Source of the DNA: Utricularia gibba
Taxonomy: Eukaryota > Plantae > Magnoliophyta
DNA: 64,000 bases
Reading direction: 5' to 3'
NCBI GenBank assembly: GCA_002189035.1
Contig: CM007990.1
Span: 2,418,001 to 2,482,000, forward strand
Positions 53,701 to 64,000 of this stretch are shown piece by piece. Below the pieces are notes generated by a model. That model had not been told where the DNA came from. It saw only the letters and a program-made list of their open reading frames with translations, and made no database searches. Both the position numbers and the translations under genes were made by a program. Each line of letters begins with the position of its first letter. The stretch's first letter is position 1.

Positions 53701-53914
53701 AATATGATCCGATTCTATGTGTGTATAGAATAGTGGCTAGTAATTTGTAGTATACGCTAGTACATCTTCATTCATCCCTATGCTCGTTCAATCATGTTCC
53801 TTGCCAATGGATGTCGATGTTGAATAGCTCTTTCGCATTTTGTGGAGCCTGGTTTTCTTGTCCCAATCCTTCAAATGGTAATGTACCCCTCGGTATGGGG
53901 TCAAAATCCTTCCC

Positions 53915-56303
53915 TGTTAGCGTATCTTTTTGAGTCCAGTAGCAAGTTCCAAAAATCAGGAAGAAGATAGGAATTTCGTGCAAGTAGCCATTTAGTAGAT
54001 TGAGCAGCATAAAAAGAGGGACAATGAGTATACTTCCACCATAGCAAGCTGCAAGTTAGGTGTGGGAGTAGCATTATTGTTAGAGAATCATACTTCCTTA
54101 GAAAAATATAGGAAGAAAATATTTTTTTGGAAGCAAGAGAAAAAAAAAGAGGGATCTTTAGCAAAGAAGAACATAGATGGAGAGAAGTTTAAAACATGAA
54201 TGACAAAGAGGAGAAGATGATTTTTCTGAAAGAAAAGGCTCAAACTTGAAGAACATCACTAAAACTCAGTTCAATACTATTGTTCCGAACTATGAACAAT
54301 AGTAGACGGCAACCATAACTATTTCTACTTTGTTTTAGTTTCAGAATGTTTTTAGTTTTTGTAACTGATTTTCTCACGATATTCTTGATGTTTTTGTTAG
54401 TTTTCATTTATGAAATCATGCTTTGCTTATCACACATAAGTAGCTAAACTTAGAGATGCGTTAAGGTGTGGATAGGTGATGTGGCTAGGATCCATAACAT
54501 AATTGATTATTCTATCTTAACTTTCGTTTCTATCATTCCTCAAGTAGACCTAAGGGGGAGGGAGGGCAAATGAACAGCTTCGTAAGTCAGATACTTGATT
54601 TAGAGATAGAATTAGTAGAGTTAGGTAGACCTAGTTCTATATATCTTGCACATGAGTAGACCTAAGTGTGAGATGGATGTGACATTATGGGCTATTTTAA
54701 CCAAAAACATGAGAAATGTTCTGTTACGTGTCGTTTCCTCAACAAATTTTAATTTTGAAAAACATAAAACACAAATAGAGCATAATACGAGTGTCGATCT
54801 CAGGGAGTTGAGTTTTATGAAAGTGTTTTGTACTAAACTTTTTCAAATTGTCATGGGTTTGTAAAAGGAGGTTTTTTAAATACAAAAATAAAAGATACAA
54901 TATAAGTAATGAACTTTGAGTAAGGAAAGCAGTTCCTCGGAATGAGATTCGGTTTCCTCCTTTTGTCTATGCTCACCTCGGCTTTTGCTTATTCCTTCCG
55001 AATAGCTAGTTATAGGAGTAAGAAATATCTTACTCTCCCTTACACTACTCATCCACTGTCACAGTACCTCGATCACAAACAATTCGCCATCTTCCTTGAG
55101 CTATGACGCATGGAAATATGAGATGCTATGTCACGGGTTGGAGATGCTGCTCTTCACCTTACTTTTCACTAAAATCCGCGAGGGATGTCCTGCTACTCAT
55201 GGATCGTGACTAGTAGATGTTACAGAAGGACTATACTATAACGCATGGAAATATGAAAAATTCGAAAGAAATTCAGTAAATAACCAAGATTGATGCTCAA
55301 AATGTAAAAAGAAACTTCATCTATTCTTAGAAACTAAAGAGGTTTAGCCACGAATGGTCATGAAAATAGAAATAGAAAGCTAAGTGTTCTTCTTCCCTTG
55401 ATGAAGAGGAAGAACCAAAAGTTCAAGTGTGAGAAAGGAGTAAGATAAGGTCCCAAAATGAGTCTCCATTCAAATTGTTCCAAATTTCTTGTAAGTCACT
55501 TTCAAGTGCATTAACTTCCTCTGCTCCCTTTTCATCATTTTTTATGTCTTGCATGCACCACCAGCTTTTCCATGCATATAAATAAGCACCCAATGATTGC
55601 CACAGACTCTTATCGTAGGTCAGGGGTTCTGACTAGTAACAGTCTTCGCCCCACAATAGATCCAAGTCATGTAAAAGGCACTAAATGTTAGTGTTTGGTC
55701 TCCTACAAATCTCTTGCAACACTCCAAGACTACCTACTGGCACATTTTGGTCAAAATGTATGAAAAAGATAACAAAAATATGTACACAATACAAAATAGG
55801 ATTTTTCTAATAAAATAAAATACTTGCCAATATAATTTCTAATTAGATGACTTAATATCTAATTAACACTTAATAATATATAATAAATAAGTAGAAAATG
55901 ACACTTAACACTTTTTGAGTAGACTTAAATTGTTTGAAGTTGTAAGTATAACAACATTGTAAATTAATTAGAGACTTTAGTATTACATCACCTACACACC
56001 TTTGAGGCATCTTAATATTATCTAATACTTAGAACCAATACTTATTATTTTTTGCTTTGTAACTTGGCCTTACTTATTGAATTTGTGTGTTGTTGTTAGT
56101 TTGACTTTAGACTAAAACTAAAATCATTTTGTGATCCTACATAGGTTAAGACACGTAGCAAGCATTTACTCCTTGCGATTGATCTTGAAATTCCATTGTG
56201 CAATTAGTGATTTATTTGTATTTTGTGAAGATTAGTGTTTACAAATTTATTTGATACAAAATTTTGTTTTTATTGTAACGATAATAGAATTTTCCGTTTA
56301 TCA
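53915..56303 (+). mobile_element. LTR of the 10874-12220 family, 5'-truncated and split by a nested LTR
   Basis: 53915-54721 and 55911-56303 align in order with the 10874 solo LTR. Ends TTCCGTTTATCA. Confidence 0.75.
54722..55910 (-). mobile_element. Nested solo LTR related to the 42209 Athila LTR
   Basis: Terminal inverted repeat TGTTACGTGTC / GACACTTAACA (10/11). The minus-strand start TGTTAAGTGTCATTTTC is identical to 42209. No TSD. Confidence 0.75.
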
Positions 56304-56309
56304 CTCTGA

Positions 56310-57100
56310 GACAATGTTGTGTATGCATATAATGACTTCAACAACAATTGCAAAATCAATTGTAAAATATTAGGTTACCTAGAAGTACTTGAACCTTCCT
56401 TCAAGTGCATGTACACCTACAACTATTGGCTTCTACAACAGCACATCATGGAAGGAAAGCACTGCTTGCAACACTTGTTGAGAGCAACAAGACCATCTCG
56501 GTGCTTTTCCTGTAAATGTGCTTTTGCACTTAAATTTTTGTATGGTGCTCCAAAATCCCCCAAAACTTGCATACCATTTCTGGCACAGTCACATATTTTC
56601 CAAGCATCAATCCAACATGATTTTTCAACAAATTACACAATATACCTAAAGTGTTTCTCCTAATTCTCAATCGACGACCTATTGACATCACTAACCAACC
56701 GACTCATATACTTCATTTGCTTAGGAACCTTTGTGGTCATAGAATATCTATGTTGCAGTCGAGAATTCTGGCCATAATATTTTGCATACAGGTATATCAA
56801 CACATTCATGTCAAACAGGTATTCCCCTAATATCGTCGTCATTGCACTCAACACCACATGACACTCATGTGAAAAATTCATATTGTTGCAACCAAATATC
56901 GGGTGGGAAATGTACCTAGGGTAGCAATTCAGGAACAAGGTTTGGGTTGTGAGGAACACTGCCACACGACAGCACCTGACACCTACCAAGCACCAGATCG
57001 TGGCTTCGAATTTTGAAGGTGAACACCACGTGGCTCTATGTATGCGGCTCACAAAGTAAGCTTCGGTAGATCTATTATAGATTTGTAGCAACAAATAAAC
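56310..57100 (-). pseudogene. MULE/FAR1-type transposase relic
   Basis: ORF 56660-57094 (..SKFEATIW..AMTT..) followed by a degenerate Cys-rich SWIM-like segment. Confidence 0.45.
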
Positions 57101-57779
57101 TTTGTAAAAGATTGCTAAAAAGGGATAGAATAGCTTACCTTAATAATTGATAACATCATTTTATTCATTCTTTTAGGTTATAAGTTAATATAATTATGTA
57201 TTTTTTGTATGATTTTTAATCTTTCAAAATTTTACTACTATTTTGGTTTTTATGTATAAAAGTGGACTGAATCATCAATGTTTTCTAATGTATACATATC
57301 AAACTCTTAATCGATCTCAAACTCTACTAGACACTTCAGCATTATTCGTTCCTTTTCGGTCCTTCAAGTTGTTTCCAGTGTTTCTTCTTGAACATTAGAG
57401 TTAAGCCATGATGATAATTTTATATCTTAAAAGATTTCTATCAGCAAGGCCTTTAGCTATTCCCGATTTACCACCATCATACTCAGATCATGCACATTGA
57501 CATTGTCACTAGAGTCAACATTAACGATAGTAGTCGAGTTTGCCATATTGAACTTCAGGTAGATGATTTTTGCAGATTCTCAAGTGGGATAATACTCCCC
57601 TGCAGTGAGCATCAAACTGTTATGGTTAAAAAACTTGGCAGCAGGAAACACTTCGATCCACAAGGACTAACTCAGATATGTTGGTGATGCAAGTTATAGA
57701 TTTGCCAGATTATGGTTTGGTTAATTCGGAAAGTGGTAGGATGAGACCAAGTTTTTTTTTTAATGTTGAAATTTTCATG

Positions 57780-58266
57780 ATTGAAAACTAGGAGATAGGA
57801 GAGTTTACTGGAGGAATGAGTTTCACTAAGACAAATGAGAGGTTTACAAAGAATGCAATAGATGTAGAATGAATTTCTTTTTAATTGAACTTCTATTTAT
57901 AAGGAAGCCATCATCAACTGATTTTTGAGAACCTCAATAGGATTGATTTGATCTTGTTGGTGGTCCTCGTCAATAAATAACCATTTTATACTATGAATTT
58001 TTGCAGATTAGATGTTTTTCAAACAATCTTTGAGCGGCTAGGGTCTGATGCCATTCATTTCCTGTCCCCTTTGGATGTGTTGACATTTTGCCAGTGTTTT
58101 TATAGACTGATTTGCGTATCGTAGGTCAATTTATCCAGATACTCCTTTAATTAAACTGAATTGCTGATTTAAACTATCTTTTTAATTCTCCGTCAAGGGT
58201 TACAACCTTTAGTCCCTATTTTGTGTTTTTGTCCTCCTGATCATGGAATGCCGATTTTTGGCATCA
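57780..58266 (-). repeat. LTR-like repeat related to 2230-2621
   Basis: Collinear shared blocks AATGRGTTTCACTAAGA, TATTTATA and TCAAG.GT..GTCC, both copies ending ..ATCA. Confidence 0.5.
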
Positions 58267-58908
58267 TTATTTTGTTTGTCTTTTCAATGGAAGTTCTATG
58301 ATCTTTTTCAAAATTTTTCTTAGTAATTTTTATGATCGAATTAAGTAGAAAAATCAATATACTTCACAAATATTATGTCATGACTTTTCACTTCCTAAGT
58401 TTCCTTTAACGTCCTTTTATATTTTAAAGGTATTTCAAATGCTCTTTTCTTTTTGGAAATTGAAAATTTTCCTATTTAGTGCCAAAATATTCATTTAACA
58501 TTAATTCACATTTCTAGGGAAAATAATAATAATTTATTTAATATTTAATATTCAAAGAAAAACGTCCCTAGAGGAACTTGTCATTTGTTGTAAGTTTTGG
58601 GCTGAGTTGCAAGAGGATTTTCTGAATTTCATGGGCTTCGAATGAGAAAATGGAGTCGTCGGACTACAGCGGGGTAGGCTTTGATTGCTGATCAGAAATC
58701 GAGAATACCATTTGATTTCTGAAATCTGAGTCTGTTTGTGGAATTCCTTTCCATTCGATCCTCAATTTTGCCGTGAATCAGGCGTATATTCTCTTGTTCT
58801 TCAGATTTCACAGTTGGCTGCTGTTCATTTTACTTGGTTTGCGCTGGAACTGATCTCCTATTCTGCATCGCAGTCCGGTCATTATTGATCGCTAAGAGAT
58901 CGGTACTA

Positions 58909-61900
58909 ATGGCCGCTTCTGGAGGCCCTGCGATGGAACAATTTGAGTCTTATTTCCAGAGGGCTGATTTGGATCTAGACGGCAGGATCAGTGGAGCTGA
59001 AGCTGTTGCTTTTTTCCGGGGTTCCAATTTACCCCAGGATGTCCTCGCCAAGGTAATGCTTTTATTTATATTATCGATATGCTTAGCAGTTCTGCAGAAA
59101 ATACATATTTGCTTTGTTTCGTATATAAATTTTTCATGGACATCGTGTTGGAAGAGGAGATATGAGATCATTTTTCTTCTCTTTCAGCTCTTTCTGTCAT
59201 TTTCCTTCTCATTTTTATGGTTAGAATTGTTACGTATTGATACATACATCACTCTAATGTCATTCCATAAATTTTCAGATATGGTCATTTGCTGATCAGA
59301 ATCGGGTGGGTTCTCTTGGCCGACCTGAGTTTTATAATGCTCTTAAGCTTGTCACAGTGGCTCAAAGCAAGAGAGAATTGACGCCTGATATTGTCAAGGC
59401 AGCATTATATGGTCCTGCTTCTGCGAAGATTCCACCCCCACAGATAAGTCTCTCTCCGATGGCCACTCAACAAAGCAACCCTGTGGCTACTTCTTCGCAA
59501 GCTGCTAGTGCACCTTCTCAAAGCCTTGGCATTAGAGATCAGGTTCCTTCAGCTACAAGCTTCACCCAAAAAGTTGTACATGCACCGGTGAATGCACCTG
59601 TAAGTACTAACCAGTACTATGGGCAGCCTCAGCCTTACAGTGCGAATGTGAAATCACAGTTTGGACAAATAATGCCTCCTACAAACATCATGACTCCTCA
59701 ATTTGGGCATGTCCATGCTGCAAGTACTGGTGTTAACCCTAATCTCGGGCAAGTCAGACCTTTTAGTGAAAATATGAGCTCACAATTTAGGCCCCTGACT
59801 TCAGCAATTGATATGAACCAGCATTTTGGTTACGTACAACCTTCAACTACTGGAGTTAGCCAGCAGTTTGCGAGTGCGCCATTCAGTATGACAGTAAACC
59901 AACAGTTTCCATCCCCAGTAAACCAACCATTTAGACCTTCTGTATCGATGTTACCTGGTTCTACTCCACGACCACCACTAAGTGCTGGAGGCCCAGTTAT
60001 TGCCGATGCAAATGCCACTGTAATTCCAGGTCTTCCTAATTCAAGCAGTGATTTTGTTGGAGGAAAAACAACCACAGATTCCACTGCAGGGACAATATCC
60101 GGTCTGAATCATGCAGTAGCATCTGCTTCAATATCTGGAAATCAACTTTCGACATTTTCCTCAGCAGCCACTGAATATCATAAAGATTTGGTTGGCCCGG
60201 AGAAAAATTCAATATCTCATCCAAATGTTTCTGCTGCAAGCAACCTTCAGGCACCCAAAGGTTCTGGTCAAGATGGCCCTTCCAGTAGTTTGGCTTCCCC
60301 TGCTGTTCCTGGAACTTCAAATCCATATCCTTCACATAAAGTGGATCCGTTTGAAGCTTTGCAGAGCAATTTCCTGAAATCATCATCTGGTTCTTATCCT
60401 CTTCAGACTCATTCCATGCCAAAGACTAATAGTCAAGTGGTTCAAATTCAAGGTGCTTCCTCCCCTACATCATTAGATGCATTGGAGCCATCTCAGGAAT
60501 CATGGCCAAAAATGACACGTGCTAGCATTCAAAAATATGCAAAAGTTTTTATGGAAGTGGAGACTAGAAAAATTGGGAGGATCACTGGTGAACAGGCCCG
60601 CAAGTTATTCTTGAGTTGGAGGCTGCCTAGAGGTAAAAAAAAAGCACTAGATATTCTGTTTATGCATCTTTTCTAATTAGGAACATCATTTTTATGTTTT
60701 CTTAGTATATCCAGTAAAAATAGGTGTGTAATACATTTGATTAGTTATGATACTCATCTTGTTCTTGGTATTTTTATTCTCTTTTGGTCAGTCAATAGTA
60801 TCATTTCATGATGAGTTCTTGTTTCTTTTTTTTCTTCAGAGGTGCTAAAGCAGGTGTGGGATTTATCAGATCAGGATAACGATAGCATGCTCTCCTTAAG
60901 AGAGTTCTGTATTGCACTATATTTAATGGAGCGATACAGAGAAGGAAGAACACTTCCATCAACACTCCCCAAAAGTTTGATGCTTGATGAAACCTTAGTC
61001 TCTTTGGCTGGTCCACCCATTAGTTATGGAAATACTGGGTGGAACCTGGGTACTGGTAATGTTTTAATTCCTGATATTGTAAACGTTTCCTTTTTATAGA
61101 GCACTTATTCTCTTTTTAAATATAGGTTTCAGACCAGTGCAGGAGTCTCCCGGTTCCCAACCAGGTGCTTCAAGACCCCGAATCCTAAACACCCAACAAG
61201 ATGGTTCTTTACAATCAAATCAGGAAATTGTTAGAGGAATTTCTGGGGATAATTTTCAGAAACCTGGAAATGAGGAGGAGAATCTGTTTGACAAAAATGA
61301 TCTGGACCATGAAGAGATTAAAAAAGTAGGTGCTACTTCCCTTAGAGTAATTTACAAAATTCTTTGTCATATGGACTGAGTTTGTGGGAACGCAAGTCGA
61401 TAGTGCATTTTTGTTTATCATACTTCTCTGAAATTAATTTATTGAACTCCATTTCCACAAATATCTGAGAAGGTTCTTAGAGAACAAGTACATAAGAATC
61501 TTCTCAAATATGTGCATTCTTGTATGCTAGTTCTCAAATACAACCCTCTCAGATATTTTCGAAAATAGAGTTCAATAAATTAATTTCAGACATGTGGTCA
61601 TAGAGTTGAACAATCTTAGGTATCAACAGAGTTGATTTTTCTAAAAAAATATTCAACTCAGACATGTGGAAATAGAATTGAACAGTCTTAGGTTTCAAAA
61701 GAGTGGATTTTGGTGAAAAATAATTTCAACTTAGGCATGCCTAAATAGAGGTGATATTGGTAAAAATATTCTATTTAGTAACCTTAGGCTTCAATTATTG
61801 TAAATTTCAGGCTGAACAAGGTGAAATCATGCTTCTGGATTCTAAAGAGAAGCTTGAATTCTACCGAACAAGAATGCAAGAGCTGGTGAGCATCTCCCCA

Positions 61901-63706
61901 TTATGATTTCACATTTATTTTTCAAGGATATCCATTGTCTGTAACTGATATAAACCTTATAGGTATTTTAATGTGCAAAAGCACATAACGAATTTCATTC
62001 ATCATACTTCTTGCTGGGTGTCTTAAATCTATTGACATGCCCTTTCAGGTATTGTACAGAAGTCGATGTGATAATCGGCTTAATGAAATAACAGAAAGGG
62101 CCAGAGCTGACAAGGCTGAGGTGTGCATGGTTAAAAATGGCATTTACTTCATTGTTGATACTTCCATTTTTTTTTCATGTGAACTTACGGTCTTTCAATT
62201 ATGCCGTCAGGCTGAAGCACTAGAAAAGAAGTACCAGGAGAAATATAAGCTAGTTGCAGAGGTTCATTCCAAGTTAACACTTGAAGAGGCTTCGTATCGC
62301 GGAATTCAGGTGCAGCTGCAAACCACAGACTCAATCATAGAATTGAACCAATTCTACTGTGTGACTCAAGCAGCTTATGTTATTTCTGGTTTATATGCTA
62401 TTTCTCAGGGGTGGTAACTGAATCAATGTGCTTATGATTATGTATGTAGGAGAGGAAGATGGAATTGCATCAGGCAATCATTAGAATAGAACAAGGTGGA
62501 AGTGCTGACGGTATCCTTCAGGTGATTTGAACTCTTGTGGCTTACACTTTGGTGCTTTACTTGGGATGACTCACATCACTAAATGTTAGGTTCGTGCTGA
62601 TCGTATACAATCAGATCTTGAGGGTCTCTTGAAGGCATTATCAGATCGCTGTAGCAAACATGATTTCCAGATTAAATCATCTGCGCTAATTGAGCTTCCT
62701 CAGGTGATTAGATCATGTGTGACCTGTATTATGTGTTATATTTTGCTCCCTTCAGCAAATTTACTTCTACTTCTGCGATGATTCAAAAGATGGCTTTGGC
62801 TGAAAGTACCAGTTATTCCAGGACTGTGGTGGTGTGCAATTTTCTCCTTTGAGTGAGGTGTCAGCAATTTATTGAATCTGTAGAACTAGGCGCTGACCTT
62901 GATGCATTTTAAACTATTCCTCGTGCTCTTTTCCTGTATTTTAGGAAGCCTGCTCTGCATAATCGTCAATCAGAACAGTGGGATTAATTTAGAAATAATT
63001 GATGATTTAGAACTGGCAATTTGGTCCAGATTCTATTACTCTTTGTTTTGCTCTGAATAGTAAAAAAAGACATCTTTTCTTCTCACTGTGTTTTGTCGCA
63101 ATCTTTGCATTTTGGAGGCTGGGCGCCAGGAGTACCAGAGGCTGCTTTGGTATGGGATGAAGAATGGGATAAGTTTGACGATGAAGGTTTATATCTCCTT
63201 TTGTGGAATTTCTCTCTTCGATTTTTACATATATGCTTCTTTTGTCATTAGGTTTTTCCTTTGATGTTTCCATTCCCGAGAATAGCAAGGATGCATCTTT
63301 CAGTGGGGAGAATTCTTCCCCAGCTCATAGCCTTTCTCCTGATTCTGTGCTGAATGCTGATTCCATGTCTGAGGAACCCTTCAATTCACGGGAGACTGCT
63401 TTCGAGAAAGAATCTATATACAGTGCTGATGATTCTAAGAGTGTCCAAGATGGCATAGGGAGCGTGATGCCACACGAAAGCCCCTCCGATGGGTACACGG
63501 AAGCCCATTTAACAAGGAACTCTATAGATGCTGATACTCACAGGTTTTCTCAACTTCAGTGTGCCACCTTGTGTTATCGTGTTCAGGGTTTATTGTCTCT
63601 TCTTGTTTTCACCTTCTCTTTCCCTTACAGAAGCTTTGATGATTCTACGTGGGGTAACTTCAACAATGATGATGATATTGATTCTGCGTGGGCCTTCAAT
63701 TCTAAG
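58909..63706 (+). CDS. EH1: EH-domain protein, AtEH1/AtEH2-Pan1-like (TPLATE complex subunit), 3'-partial. Exons 58909-59052, 59279-60632, 60840-61055, 61126-61325, 61811-61885, 62049-62120, 62211-62309, 62450-62521, 62590-62703, 63118-63186, 63252-63543, 63631-63706
   Basis: EH1 (ADLDLDGRISGAEAV..IWSFADQ), P/Q/S-rich linker, EH2 (VWDLSDQDNDSMLSLREFC), coiled coil (KEKLEFYR..YRSRCDNRLNE..VRADRIQSDLE) and WDEEWDKF. Splice phases are consistent except at exon 9/10. EH1 versus EH2 paralog identity is uncertain. Confidence 0.9.
61427..61590. repeat. 164-nt inverted repeat (foldback) in intron 4 of the EH gene
   Basis: Arms of about 73 nt (61427-61500 and 61517-61590), about 80% complementary, with a 16-nt loop. 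Confidence 0.85.
61587..61755. repeat. 72/73-bp tandem repeat (about 2.3 units) in intron 4
   Basis: CAGACATGTGG..ATAGA.TTGAACA.TCTTAGGT units start at 61587, 61659 and about 61732. Confidence 0.8.
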
Positions 63707-64000
63707 GCATGTTCTTCAACTGCATCTTTTTAAAGTTATCTTCAAACTAGATTATTCCCAAAATTCTCATGTATGGCTTGATGAAAATGAGTTTTTTTAC
63801 CCAAAGTTGATAGTGTTGGTTGACCATAAAAACATCTGAACAAAACACTATCTTAAAAAGATTGGTGATATTGTGTTTTGTGTTAATTTAGTCATTGCGC
63901 TACTGGCATCCATAACCTAATGAATCATGCGACACCATATGTTTGTCAGCATCACCCATATATGCATGTATCTGTGCATATGTTCATTCAGTTGCTTAAG

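Noticed and set aside
1-64000. CRISPR arrays, rRNA genes, organellar insertions
   Set aside because: No regularly spaced repeat-spacer array and no recognisable rRNA or organelle gene sequence. The content is plant nuclear.

Overview
AT-rich dicot nuclear DNA with three host genes separated by about 25 kb blocks of decayed, nested transposons. The genes are a chloroplast RRM protein (CP33B-like, +, 8422-9458, 4 exons), an intronless DREB A-6 AP2/ERF factor (RAP2.4/WIND1-like, -, 35602-34673) and an EH-domain TPLATE-complex subunit (AtEH/Pan1-like, +, from 58909, at least 12 exons, running off the window). The intergenic space holds three Copia elements (two TSD-bounded), a CRM-type chromovirus, several Athila-type fragments and solo LTRs (three with perfect 5-bp TSDs), two convergent PIF/Harbinger transposase relics, an intact hAT MITE, TRIM pieces and MULE relics. 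No rRNA, tRNA gene or CRISPR array was found. The most unusual signals are: (1) a Copia whose PBS is an 18/18 match to tRNA-Trp and is fused to an oppositely oriented tRNA-iMet-like sequence; (2) family-specific short-motif arrays in Athila elements (TTGCGCAA; GTAGACC); (3) in the EH gene, a 14-aa tandem repeat in the disordered linker, an intronic 164-nt foldback and a splice-phase conflict. Coordinates and identities were read by eye. Family assignments and tRNA sequences come from remembered motifs, not database searches.
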